From NCBI GenBank assembly GCA_050613775.1, contig JBODTK010000115.1:372001-436000 (forward strand): a stretch of DNA of 64,000 nt, written 5' to 3'. Position numbers and translations under genes: made by a program. Source of the stretch: Neocallimastix sp. 'constans' (Eukaryota). Below, piece after piece: positions 1 to 12,498 of this stretch. Below the pieces are notes generated by a model. The model was not told where the DNA came from and did not search any database. It saw only the letters and a program-made list of their open reading frames with translations. Positions within the stretch are counted from its first letter, which is position 1. Each line of letters starts with the position of its first letter.

Positions 1-93
1 AGAAATATAAAAATAAAATAAAATAACTTTAGAATCTTATAAATAAAATAATAAGACATAAATATATATGTCTTATTATATATATAAATTTTA

Positions 94-96
94 TTT

Positions 97-155
<59 letters not shown>

Positions 156-1359
156 GCCGCAATTATTGCGAACTTTAATCTTTATTTATTTATTCTTATA
201 GAAAATACATGAATACTTTTAATTTTAATAAAAATAAAAAAAACACAGAATTAATAAAAAAAATAAAAAAATTATTTGTCCAATTGAACATAAAAATAAA
301 AGAAATAGTAACGTGAAATAAAAAGTAATAATCAAAAATAAGTGTATAAATAAATTCAGAAAAAAGTTCATATGCAACGAACCTCACCTCCTTATGGATT
401 AGGGTTTGAATTGACTATCTGAAAGAAATTATGGTCTTCTCCTTCAGAGGCATTCGCCCTACTAGCCTTTCTTACTGCATTTTCAGCGTTGACGCTCCTG
501 GTTAGTTTGCACTTATACTTTCGGAATAGTAACCCTTGCCGAGTACTAGCCCGAGGCATAATTTCTGTAAAGAGAGCCGCAGATCGCACCATGAACGGCA
601 TTTTTGAATAATCACTAGAAATGATTTGATTCTTAAACAAAATATTCAATTCCTTTTTATAATTTAAATCTATTATATCTACATCCCTTCCACCAAGAAG
701 AAAGTTATATAATTAGTACCACGTCACGTATATATTTACACACTCATTATTCAGAAAATTACATAAATTACTAGTCTCCTTCTTGGAGGAAATGCAGTAT
801 TTGAAATCTTAAAGATCGGCTCGGGGGAAAGAAGGCGATATATTAATAATATTTTTCAATCACCTTCGAACGAGTCTTCTTTCCCGATTTCATATTTTGT
901 GGGGATTGCGGAATTCCTTACTAACGTTATGCCTATTGTGATTTGTGATTTTTACACCATGATCGATTTGTATAGTGTTAGACCTACCGTTGTCAAGAGC
1001 GTCGACGTCGTAACGATAAGGCAAAGAAGAAATTCTGATACAGATTCGAATGATAATTTTCATCCACATGGAGTTATCTTCGATGAATGGGAAGAGTTAG
1101 AGGCCTTTTCGTCCTCGAATCTCATAACGTAGTTTTTTAATATTAATATAAAAAAAAAATTTCATGTATTTAAACTTCATGTATTTTTTAAAAAAAATAA
1201 ATATTATTAAATAAAGTTTATTCCTAGTATAAAAAAAAAAAAAAAAAAAAAAACATAAATTACTACGATTTTCACCAATTGAACTATTCATAAAATTAGA
1301 AGTAACGATATTATAATTTTCACTATCACTAATATAAGTATTTCTATTTTCACTATCAC
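94..1359 (-). mobile_element. 5'-truncated LINE 3' fragment, family B, copy 1 (interrupted by a nested family-A insertion)
   Basis: Poly(T) at about 99-152 is the poly(A) tail on the minus strand. A 13-bp TSD TATATAAATTTTA lies at 81-93 and 1360-1372. The encoded remnant (FLLGG...LFKNQ...RSAALFTEIMP...LTRSVNA) aligns by eye with the C-termini of the LINE ORFs at 7667-9211 and 46412-47917. Confidence 0.85.
774..1252 (+). mobile_element. 5'-truncated LINE 3' fragment, family A, nested in family-B copy 1
   Basis: Highly similar to the reverse complement of about 7535-8025 (GIAEFLTNVMPIV...FDEWEELEA). Poly(A) at 1231-1252. A 13-bp TSD ACATAAATTACTA lies at 761-773 and 1253-1265. The empty site is seen at 14336-14348 and at 6193-6205 (reverse complement). 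Confidence 0.92.
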
Positions 1360-1396
1360 TATATAAATTTTAGTATTTATAAATTAGGATTTCTTT

Positions 1397-1441
<45 letters not shown>

Positions 1442-1885
1442 TCATTATTAATAATAAATATTTTATCAGAAAAAATAATTAATAAAATATTTAAATAAAT
1501 AAAAATTTTATATAAGATCAAAAAAAAAAAAAAAAAAAAAAAAATAAATAATATAAAAAATAAATATATATATATATATATATAAATATTAAAAACTCAT
1601 ACAAATGAATTTATTTTTTTATTATTTGTAAACTTTTTTTATTTTAAAACTTTCATAAACGTTAGTTATGATTTAATGATTTTTATAATAAAAACTAAAT
1701 ATATTTAAAAATAACAATACATAAATTGAATAAATATAATATAGAATAATTAAAATGAAATAATAAAATAAATATTAAATTAATAATTTAAGAAAAATTA
1801 TTAGTATAGTGAAAAAAAAATCATACTAATTCTTTCAATTAAGAACACAAATATAAATAAAATAAATAAAAAATTTTTATTTTTA

Positions 1886-1916
<31 letters not shown>

Positions 1917-2184
1917 TATTTACAATATATTTTATTTACAATAATTTTATATAAATTAATAGCTAAATAATTTAGAATAAATATGATAGTTTTTGAAAAT
2001 GTTTTTATAAATAATATAATATTTAATTCATATTATTTATATTTATTTAAACTCTAAGTATTCATTAAATATTATAATGAGGTAATAATTAAAAATATTA
2101 AATAATATATTACTTAAAAAAATTTTATGATAGATACATTATTTAATATTATTAAAATTATTTAAGATTAGTCAATTAGAAAAT

Positions 2185-2850
2185 TTACTGAATTTGAATA
2201 GAATGTTTATGTTCATTCTTTTGAGGTTCCATCTTTTTAAGAGTAACTTCTAAGACACCATTTTCCATTTTGGCTTGAATATTATTTATATCCGCATTTT
2301 CAGGAATACTAAATGATCTTGAAAATTTACCATAACTACATTCTATTCTACTATATTTCTTATTATTTTCTTCATTTTTAGACTCTTTATTTTCATTGGA
2401 ATCTTCCTTATTATTTTCTTTATTATTTTCTTCTTTAGATGAATCCTTATTAGATTTCTTATCAGAATTATCAATAATAGTTTCTCTTTCACCAGAAATA
2501 GTTAAAACACGTTCATCATCTGAAAGCTCCATTTTAACTTGATCTTTCTTCATACCTGGTAAATCAGCATGAATATAATAATTATTTTCATCTTCACTCA
2601 AATTAATCTTTGGACTGAAATCTACAGTTTTGAATACATCACTATTGAATGTCTTAGAGATTTGATTTTCTAAAGACTTTACTGGATTATAAGAAAGATA
2701 TGGATAAGGATATAAAGTAGGGAAAGTAATCAAAGGATGATTAAAAAATTCATTATCGAAAGCATGGTCGAAATCATCGAAAAATGAATCTCTTAATAAA
2801 GAATTATTTCTTCTAATAGATAAAGGATGTTCACGAATGAATAAAGACAT
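2185..2850 (-). CDS. Small heat-shock protein (Hsp20/alpha-crystallin domain), copy 1, intronless
   Basis: Motifs FSPKINLSEDENNYYIHADLPGMKK, VLTISGER, YGKFSRSFSIP and AKMENGVLEVTL, plus a C-terminal IQI (IxI) motif. Confidence 0.96.
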   Translation of the reverse strand: MSLFIREHPLSIRRNNSLLRDSFFDDFDHAFDNEFFNHPLITFPTLYPYPYLSYNPVKSLENQISKTFNSDVFKTVDFSPKINLSEDENNYYIHADLPGMKKDQVKMELSDDERVLTISGERETIIDNSDKKSNKDSSKEENNKENNKEDSNENKESKNEENNKKYSRIECSYGKFSRSFSIPENADINNIQAKMENGVLEVTLKKMEPQKNEHKHSIQIQ

Positions 2851-4210
2851 TTTTATTATTTGAAATATTATTGTTTGTTTTGTAATTGTTTGTTTTATTA
2901 ATTACTTTTTTTAGATTTGTTTTTTGTTTTATTATATTGTTTTTTAATAAGCGATTATATTATTTTTTTTTTTTTTTATTTAAGCGTTTAATATTTTAAA
3001 ATATTTATTATTTATATTTTTGAGTATAAAAATTAATAAAGAAAATACTTATATTCAAGGAAATGAATGCTATTTATATTTTTTTGAAATCATATAAAAG
3101 ATATAATATCTATTTCCTTTAAAAATAAAGTTTTCTAGTAATTCTTTTTAATGAAGCATGCATTGATTATAAAAGAAAATTAAAACTCTTTCATGTATAT
3201 AAGATATATAAGATAGAACTAATTAATTTCTACAAATTTCTACATTTTCTATTTTTTCTATATATTTAATGTATTGTATTATTTCTACGTAAAATTACAA
3301 TATAATTAATAAATATAAAAATTTTTTTAATTTCTATTTTAATTTCTATTGGATAAAATTAAGAGAATTTTAATTAATATTAAAATTTTTTATTTTGAAA
3401 AATATTTTAATTTATTAATGAATAATCCATTAATAAATTTACAATCATATATTAGAACTTTAAAAAAAAAAAAACTGAAGAAATTCTTTTTAAAAATTTA
3501 TTCAATATTAGTTATAAATATGTTTATTAATTATGAAACTATATAAAGTTTTATATATATTTTCTTGTTAATTAAGTAAAGAAATATAAAATTAAAAAAT
3601 AAATATTTTAATGTATTAATAAATAGATAATAAAAATAAAAATTTAATAAGATATATTGCAACTTGGTTATAATTTTTATAATTATAATTATTGAAATTT
3701 TAATATATTTTTTTTAATTTTATTTATTTTTATATTTTATTTTTTTTTTATTTATTTATTTAATTTCATTTTTAAATTTATGAAAGTAATTATTGAAAAT
3801 ATTTCAAAAAATTATATATATATATATAAAAATGTACCTTGTAATTTATATTGTATAAAATATATAATTTTCAATAATACTTTATAATTAAACTATTTAT
3901 TGTAAAATAATTAAATAATATATATCTATTTTGATTTTTTTATAACTAACATTAAATATATTTAAAAAATCCAAAGTTTACATTAATTGAATAAATATGA
4001 AATAAATAAATTTTAATTAAATAATGAAATAAATTATAAAATTATAATTTAGAAAGAATTATCAAAATAATGAAAATTTGGGAGGTACATACTGGAAGTT
4101 AAAAAAAAAAAAAAAAATAAAATAGTAGAAATTAAAATAGAAATTAAAAAAATTTTTATATTTATTAATTATATTATAATTTTACGTAGAAATAATACAA
4201 TACATTAAAT

Positions 4211-4402
4211 ATATAGAAAAAATAGAAAATGTAGAAATTTGTAGAAATTAATTAGTTCTATCTTATATATCTTATATACATGAAAGAGTTTTAATTTTCT
4301 TTTATAATCAATGCATGCTTCATTAAAAAGAATTACTAGAAAACTTTATTTTTAAAGGAAATAGATATTATATCTTTTATATGATTTCAAAAAAATATAA
4401 AT
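4211..4402 (+). promoter_or_regulatory. Putative heat-shock-element cluster and TATA box of the sHSP promoter (same block upstream of all six copies)
   Basis: Four AGAA units about 9-10 bp apart (4215-4246), including aGAAatTTGtaGAAa, one mismatch from nGAAnnTTCnnGAAn. TATAAATA at about 4395-4402. The motif is weakly informative in DNA this AT-rich. Confidence 0.5.
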
Positions 4403-4620
4403 AGCATTCATTTCCTTGAATATAAGTATTTTCTTCATTAATTTTTATACTCAAAAATATAAATAATAAATATTTTAAAATATTAAACGCTTAAATAAAA
4501 AAAAAAAATAATATAATCGCTTATTAAAAAACAATATAATAAAACAAAAAACAAATCTAAAAAAAGTAATTAATAAAACAAACAATTACAAAACAAACAA
4601 TAATATTTCAAATAATAAAA

Positions 4621-5298
4621 ATGTCTTTATTCATTCGTGAACATCCTTTATCTATTAGAAGAAATAATTCTTTATTAAGAGATTCATTTTTCGATGATTT
4701 CGATAATGCTTTCGATAATACTTTCGATAATGAATTTTTTAATCATCCTTTGATTACTTTCCCTACTTTATATCCTTATCCATGTCTATCTTATAATCCA
4801 GTAAAGTCTTTAGAAAATCAAATCTCTAAGACATTCAATAGTGATGTTTTCAAATCTGTGGATTTCAGTCCAAAGATTAATTTGAGTGAAGATGAAAATA
4901 ATTATTATATTCATGCTGATTTACCAGGTATGAAGAAAGATCAAGTTAAAATGGAGCTTTCAGATGATGAACGTGTTTTAACTATTTCTGGTGAAAGAGA
5001 AACTATTATTGATAATTCTGATAAGAAATCTAATAAGGATTCATCTAAAGAAGAAAATAATAAAGAAAATAATAAGGAAGATTCCAATGAAAATAAAGAG
5101 TCTAAAAATGAAGAAAATAATAAGAAATATAGTAGAATAGAATGTAGTTATGGTAAATTTTCAAGATCATTTAGTATTCCTGAAAATGCGGATATAAATA
5201 ATATTCAAGCCAAAATGGAAAATGGTGTCTTAGAAGTTACTCTTAAAAAGATGGAACCTCAAAAGAATGAACATAAACATTCTATTCAAATTCAGTAA
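4621..5298 (+). CDS. Small heat-shock protein (Hsp20), copy 2, intronless
   Basis: Same alpha-crystallin motifs as copy 1, with one extra 12-bp unit (NTFD). Confidence 0.96.
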   Translation: MSLFIREHPLSIRRNNSLLRDSFFDDFDNAFDNTFDNEFFNHPLITFPTLYPYPCLSYNPVKSLENQISKTFNSDVFKSVDFSPKINLSEDENNYYIHADLPGMKKDQVKMELSDDERVLTISGERETIIDNSDKKSNKDSSKEENNKENNKEDSNENKESKNEENNKKYSRIECSYGKFSRSFSIPENADINNIQAKMENGVLEVTLKKMEPQKNEHKHSIQIQ

Positions 5299-6098
5299 AT
5301 TTTCTTATTTACTAATCTTAAATAATTTTAATAATATTAAATAATGTATCTGTCATAAAAATTTTTTAAGTAATATATTATTTAATATTTTTAAATATTA
5401 TCTCATTATAATATTTAATGAATACTTAGAGTTTAAATAAATTATAAATATAAATAATATGAATTAAATATTATATTATTTATAAAAACATTTTCAAAAA
5501 CTATCATATTTATTCTAAATTATTTAGCTATTAATTTATATAAAATTATTGTAAATAAAATATATTGTAAATAAATAAAATTAAAATAAAAATAAAAATA
5601 AAACATTTTTATTTATTTTATTTATATTTATGTGTTCTTAAATGAAAGAATTAGTATAATTTTTTTTTTCACTATACTAATAATTTTTCTAAAATTATTA
5701 ATTTAATATTTATTTTATTATTTCATTATAATTATTCTATATTATATTTATTCAATTTATGTATTGTTATTTTTAAATATATTTAGTTTTTATTATAAAA
5801 ATCATTAAATCATAACTAACGTTTATGAAAGTTTTAAAATAAAAAAAGTTTACAAATAATAAAAAAATAAATTCATTTGTATGAGTTTTTAATATTTATA
5901 TATATATATATATATATTTATTTTTTATATTATTTATTTTTATTTTTTTTTTTTTGATCTTATATAAAATTTTTATTTATTTAAATTTTTTATTAATTAT
6001 TTATTCTGTTAAAATATTTATTATTAATAATGATAATTTAGAAAAAAAAAAAAAAAAAATTAAAGAAATCCTAATTAATAAATACTAAAATTTATATA

Positions 6099-6807
6099 GT
6101 GATAGTGAAAATAGAAATACTAATATTAGTGATAGTGAAAATTATAATATCGTTACTTCTAATTTTGTGAATAGTTCAATTGGTGAAAATCGTAGTAATT
6201 TATGTAATTTTCTGAATAATGAGTGTGTAAATATATACGTGACGTGGTACTAATTATATAACTTTCTTCTTGGTGGAAGGGATGTAGATATAATAGATTT
6301 AAATTATAAAAAGGAATTGAATATTTTGTTTATGAACTAAATCATTTCTGGCGATTATTCAAAAATGCCGTTCATGGTGCGATCTGCGGCTCTCTTTACA
6401 GAAATTATGCCTCGGGCTAGTATTCGGCAAGGGTTACTATTCCGAAAGTATAAGTGCAAACTAACCAGGAGCGTCAACGCTGAAAATGCAGTAAGACAGG
6501 CTAGTAGGGCCAATGCCTTTGAAGGAGAAGAACATAATTTCTTTCGGATAGTCAATTCAAACCCTAATCCATAAGGAGGTGAGGTTCGTTGCATATGAAC
6601 TTTTTTCTGAATTTATTTATACACTTATTTTTGATTATTACTTTTTATTTCTCGTTACTATTTCTTTTATTTTTATGTTCAATTGGACAAATAATTTTTT
6701 TATTTTTTTTATTAATTCTGTGTTTTTTTTATTTTTATTAAAATTAAAAGTATTCATGTATTTTCTATAATAATAAATAAAGATTAAAGTTCGCAATAAT
6801 TGCGGCA

Positions 6808-6848
<41 letters not shown>
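6099..6848 (+). mobile_element. 5'-truncated LINE 3' fragment, family B, copy 2
   Basis: 750 bp. Poly(A) at about 6810-6848. TSD TAAAATTTATATA at 6086-6098 and 6849-6861. The empty site is at 19735-19747. Confidence 0.88.
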
Positions 6849-6850
<2 letters not shown>

Positions 6851-7024
6851 AAATTTATATATATAATAAGACAGATATTTATGTCTTATTATTTTATTTA
6901 TTATAAGATTCTAAAGTTATTTTATTTTATTTTATTTTTATATTTCTTTAATTTTACTTTTATTTTTTATTTTATTTTATTTTTAAATTTATAATATTCA
7001 ATATTAAAAATTTTAAATAAGTTG

Positions 7025-7063
<39 letters not shown>

Positions 7064-7266
7064 CTTGTAATTAAAACTGTACAAAATGTAAAATGTAATT
7101 TATATTACATAAGTTTAAACAATATTTTCATAATAAAATTATTCACCATAATATTATTAAATAAAAAGAATACAAATAACTATTTAATTTCATTTTCTCA
7201 AAATAAATTAATTTAACCTGTATATAAACCCCTTTTATTTGTATTTTTAAACAACAACAACAACAA

Positions 7267-7312
<46 letters not shown>

Positions 7313-7530
7313 TAAAATATTATTTTATGTTAAAATATATATATACATTTATAATAAAATATTTTTAGTTGTCATTTTTTAATTACAAAAAAAATTCAAT
7401 TAAATTGAAATTATAAATTATATTTAATTATTAATTATTATTATTATATTTAATAGTATTTTATTTTAATTTTTTATTATAATTCTATAATATTAGAAGC
7501 AAAAATTCATATAAAATAATTTGAAATTTA

Positions 7531-7534
<4 letters not shown>

Positions 7535-7566
<32 letters not shown>

Positions 7567-10560
7567 CTAGGAATAAACTTTATTTAATAATATTTTTTTT
7601 TTTTTTTTTTAAAAAATACATGAAATTTAAATACATGAAATTTTTTTTTATAATAATATTAAAAAACTACGTTATGAGCTTCGAGGACGAAATGGCCTCT
7701 AACTCTTCCCATTCATCGAAGATAACTCCATGTGGATGAAAATTATCATTCGAATCTGTATCAGAATTTCTTCTTTGCCTTATCGTTACGACGTCGACAC
7801 TTTTGACAACGGTAGGTCTAATACTATACAAATCGATCATGGTGTAAAAATCACCAATCACAATAGGCATAACGCTAGTAAGGAATTCCGCAAGCCCCAC
7901 AAAATATGAAATCAGGAAAGAAGACTCGTTCGAAGGTGATTGAAAAATATTATTAATAAATCGCCTTCTTTCCCCCGAGCCGATCTTTAAGATTTCAAAT
8001 ACTGCATTTCCGCCAAGAAGGAGACACAGCACGTAAAAATTGATATTATCATCAAAATCTTCCTCTTTATCATCAGGAATGTTCAATGATTTCTCATGAA
8101 CAATTAGAGAAAAATTAATAAAAATTTCATCAACAAAGGGAATGAAATGTTGTCTAAATTCTTCAAATTTAGGACATAAAAGTATCCAGTGTGTAAAACT
8201 AGGTATGCTGTTACTCTCACCACAACAAGGGCAGTATGTTGGGCAATTTTCTGATACTAGATTACATTTAACATACGTTTTTACATCAAATTTGAATCCA
8301 CATTTAATTCGTCCAATCCAAAAAAATCCAAGAGAAAATTGTGAATATTTTAGTGATAGACGATGAATAAATTTTTTAAAACCAAATTTAAATTTCTTGT
8401 ATTTTGTAGATCTGATCGCAGGAGTGCTTGAATAATGAATATTTTCCCAGTAAAACTTCCTTATTTCTCCAGGAAGTTTATTATTGTGCTTGTGTACTGC
8501 TAAACTCCGTGCTTTTTTCGTCCATGAATAGTGAGAAAGTGTAGGTATATTTTTGACTAAATGAGAAATAATACAAGAAGAATCTTTCCACTTTTTAAAG
8601 GATCGAATCATCGCCTTAGCACAAAAACTAGCTATAGGAGGTATAGAAAGTTCCTTAGACATATTGTAAATTGAAGTATTGGAGGTTTTATTTTTAAACC
8701 CGAAACTCCAATACAAACCTCGATTAAAAGCAGTTTGAGCTTTTTCAGTATTCTTTTTATTTGAACCAAGTAAGGGAGCATAATAAAGAACTGAACTAAG
8801 GACAAAAGAAACTAGTATACGAGTTTTAAAGTAGAAAGGAACATTCCTATTGGTTAAAAATCTAAAGAAAGAGTTAACTGTATAATTAATTTTACTGTTC
8901 ATCTTAGCAATAATAGGTTTTAAATCCAACGATTCATTAAAAGGTATACCAAGATATGTATATTGATTAGTGCTTGGAATATAGTTCATACCAAGTCTAA
9001 ATGTAGGATTTTCATAATGTCTTGAAGGAATAAAATTCTTTGGTTTAACAACTAGTGTAGCGCATTTATTGATTCCAAAGGTCATTTCATTTTTAATATC
9101 CCAATCATGAGCAATATTCAAAAGGTTTTTAAGTGAAGATTTTGTAGGAGCTAATAATACAATATCATCAGCAAATAATCCACCACAACACTTTTTCTTT
9201 TCAGTAATCACACCATATCTTTTACATTTATCAAAAATATCATTGATAAATATATTGAATAAGATAGGTGAGAGAGGACACCCTTGGCGAACACCACGGT
9301 GTATTGGAAATTCTTTTGAAAGTTTACCATTAAAGTTTGCACGAGCCTTCGAGGTAAGGTATAGATTAGTAATGAATTGAAGGCATTTACCACGAATACC
9401 AAGATTATTTAGTTTAGTAAGTATATTGTAAATTGGAACTGAATCATAAGCTTTTTTAAGGTCAAGAAAGGCAAGAAAGGTAAATTTATCCTTAAATTTT
9501 CTTCTTTGACAAATTTCACGAATGGATACAAATAAACTAATACATTCTTCTTTATTTCTAAAACCAAACTGTTCTGGTCTAATTATTCCATTAGAAAAAG
9601 CATAGTCCGATATTCTTTTAGTGACAATTTTTGATAGAATTTTTAAACTTACATTGATGAGTGAAATACCACGATAATTATTACAATCTGAAAGATCCCC
9701 TTTTTTAGGAATAGAAACAATAGAAGCAGAGTTCCATTCATTAGGAAAGTCACCATCCCAAATTTTATTAAAAAGTAATAACAGACACTTTGCACAATCG
9801 GAATAAGTAACCTCTTGATTAGAGTCATCCTGAGAAGAAGTTCTACTCTCAGAATTAAAAAATGCTTTAAAAATTCTGTAGGTATACCATCAGGACCAGG
9901 TGCTTTGTTATTTTTCATTGAAAGAACAGTTGAATGAATTTCTGACATGGAAATAGGTTGATTAATATCCCATGATTCCTGAGGAGTAGAAGAATTATTA
10001 AGTATTCTTTTCCAATAATTTTCATTAAGACTGTGACCAGTTATATCAGAAGCAAGTTCTTCATAGTGTTCTGCAAAACGATTGAGTTGATCTTCTTGGG
10101 ATACTAGAACATTACCTTCTTTATCTTTAATGTATACAGGTGATTGGGAAGGAGAGTAAGAAGGTTTAGAGATTTTCTTAAGTCCAGACCAACCACGCTG
10201 GGCATCATTTTTTAAGAAACATTCGCCGATGGAATGAATCAAATTTTTAAATCTAATATTCCTAATATTTCTTTTAATACTAATGATATAATCAGAAAGA
10301 ACTCTATATTCTTTTGAGAGATCACAAAATTCTTGAAGATTAGACAAATCATTACTAAGTTTAAAATTTTTAATCCTTTTATAAAATAAATGCTTTTCAT
10401 GTGATAATTTCTTAATATAGGCAGGACAATGGAACGCTGAACCCTGTAAATTTGTAGGAACTCTTGCTTGAATGTCATCGCCTATTTTATTTGCTGTGTC
10501 AAGAAGTTTTTTAACCATTGTATTAGAGTCTAGATTATCATTATGTTCAAATTCATCCAG
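7535..10560 (-). mobile_element. Non-LTR retrotransposon (LINE family A), 5'-truncated; ORF2 with RT domain and C-terminal CCHC-like zinc knuckle
   Basis: Motifs KAPGPDGIP, NYRGISL, EQFGFR, FLDLKKAYDSV, GVRQGCPLSPILFN, LFADD, YTYLG and CPCC...HWILLC. Poly(T) at 7535-7563. The frame is open from 10560 to 7667 except for one 1-nt frameshift in the A5 run at 9869-9873. No TSD. Confidence 0.95.
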
Positions 10561-11832
10561 TTTTATTTTTTTTTTTTTTTAACTTCCAGTATGTACCTCC
10601 CAAATTTTCATTATTTTGATAATTCTTTCTAAATTATAATTTTATAATTTATTTCATTATTTAATTAAAATTAATTTATTTCATATTTATTCAATTAATG
10701 TAAACTTTGGATTTTTTAAATATATTTAATGTTAGTTATAAAAAAATCAAAATAGATATATATTATTTAATTATTTTACAATAAATAGTTTAATTATAAA
10801 GTATTATTGAAAGTTATATATTTTATACAATATAAATTACAAGGTACATTTATATATATATATATATATATATAATTTTTTGAAATATTTTCAATAATTA
10901 CTTTCATAAATTTAAAAATGAAATTAAATAAAAAAAAAAAAAGAAAAAAAAATAAAATATAAAAATAAATAAAATTAAAAAAAATATATTAAAATTTCAA
11001 TAATTATAAAAATTATAACCAAGTTGCAATATATCTTATTAAATTTTTATTTTTATTATCTATTTATTAATACATTAAAATGTTTATTTTTTAATTTTAT
11101 ATTTCTTTACTTAATTAACAAGAAAATATATATAAAACTTTATATAGTTTCATAATTAATAAACATATTTATAACTAATATTGAATAAATTTTTAAAAAG
11201 AATTTCTTCAGTTTTTTTTTTTTTAAAGTTCTAATATGATTGTAAATTTATTAATGGATTATTCATTAATAAATTAAAATATTTTTCAAAATAAAAAATT
11301 TTAATATTAATTAAAATTCTCTTAATTTTATCCAATAGAAATTAAAATAGAAATTAAAAAAAAAATTTTATATTTATTAATTATATTATAATTTTACATA
11401 GAAATAATACAATACATTAAATATATAGAAAAAATAGAAAATGTAGAAATTTGTAGAAATTAATTAGCTATCTTATATATCTTATATACATGAATGAGTT
11501 TTAATTTTCTTTTATAATCAATGCATGCTTTATTAAAAAGAATTACTAGAAAACTTTATTTTTAAAGGAAATAGATATTATATCTTTTATATGATTTAAA
11601 AAAAATATAAATAGCATTCATTTCCTCGAATAAAACTATTTTCTTCATTAATTTTTATACTCAAAAATATAAATAATAAATATTTTAAAATATTAAACGC
11701 TTAAATAAAAAAAAAAAAAATAATATAATCGCTTATTAAAAAACAATATAATAAAACAAAAAACAAATCTAAAAAAAGTAATTAATAAAACAAACAATTA
11801 TAAAACAAACAATAATATTTCAAATAGTAAAA

Positions 11833-12498
11833 ATGTCTTTATTCATTCGCGAACATCCTTTATCTATTAGAAGAAATAATTCTTTATTAAGAGATTCATT
11901 TTTCGATGATTTCGATAATGCTTTCGATAATGAATTTTTTAATCATCCTTTGATTACTTTCCCTACTTTATATCCTTATCCATATCTTTCTTATAATCCA
12001 GTAAAGTCTTTAGAAAATAAAATTTCTAAAGCATTCAATAGTGATGTTTTCAAATCTGTGGATTTCAGTCCAAAGATTAATTTGAGTGAAGATGAAAATA
12101 ATTATTATATTCATGCTGATTTACCAGGTATGAAGAAAGATCAAGTTAAAATGGAGCTTTCAGATGATGAACGTGTTTTAACTATTTCTGGTGAAAGAGA
12201 AACTATTATTGATAATTCTGATAAGAAATCTAAAAAGGAATCAAGTAAAGAAGAAAATAATAAAGAAAGTAATAAAGAAGATGCCAATGAAAATAAAGAA
12301 TCAAAAAAAGAAGAAAATAATAAGAAATATAGTAGAATAGAATGTAGTTATGGTAAATTTTCAAGATCATTTAGTATTCCTGAAAATGCGGATATAAATA
12401 ATATTCAAGCCAAAATGGAAAATGGTGTCTTAGAAGTTACTCTTAAAAAGATGGAACCTCAAAAGAATGAACATAAACATTCTATTCAAATTCAGTAA
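11833..12498 (+). CDS. Small heat-shock protein (Hsp20), copy 3, intronless
   Basis: Alpha-crystallin motifs; near-identical to the other copies. Confidence 0.96.
   Translation: MSLFIREHPLSIRRNNSLLRDSFFDDFDNAFDNEFFNHPLITFPTLYPYPYLSYNPVKSLENKISKAFNSDVFKSVDFSPKINLSEDENNYYIHADLPGMKKDQVKMELSDDERVLTISGERETIIDNSDKKSKKESSKEENNKESNKEDANENKESKKEENNKKYSRIECSYGKFSRSFSIPENADINNIQAKMENGVLEVTLKKMEPQKNEHKHSIQIQ

Larger units (their letters stand above)
1..6947. repeat. Large inverted repeat: arms about 1-3348 and 4126-6947 around a spacer of about 780 bp (divergent sHSP pair)
   Basis: Promoter, CDS, 3' flank and LINE-B fragment all recur as reverse complements. The left arm additionally holds the 774-1252 insertion. 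Confidence 0.9.

Noticed and set aside
196..649. Repeated small ORFs (63-85 aa; also 6365-6770 and 13756-14215) as a novel gene pair linked to the sHSPs
   Set aside because: They are the ORF2 tail and T-rich 3'UTR of a truncated LINE with poly(A) and TSD.
3349..3546. 65-aa ORF repeated in the spacer (also 17070-17267)
   Set aside because: TTG start and low complexity. The paralogous spacer near 11150-11335 is disrupted. Identity reflects recent duplication.
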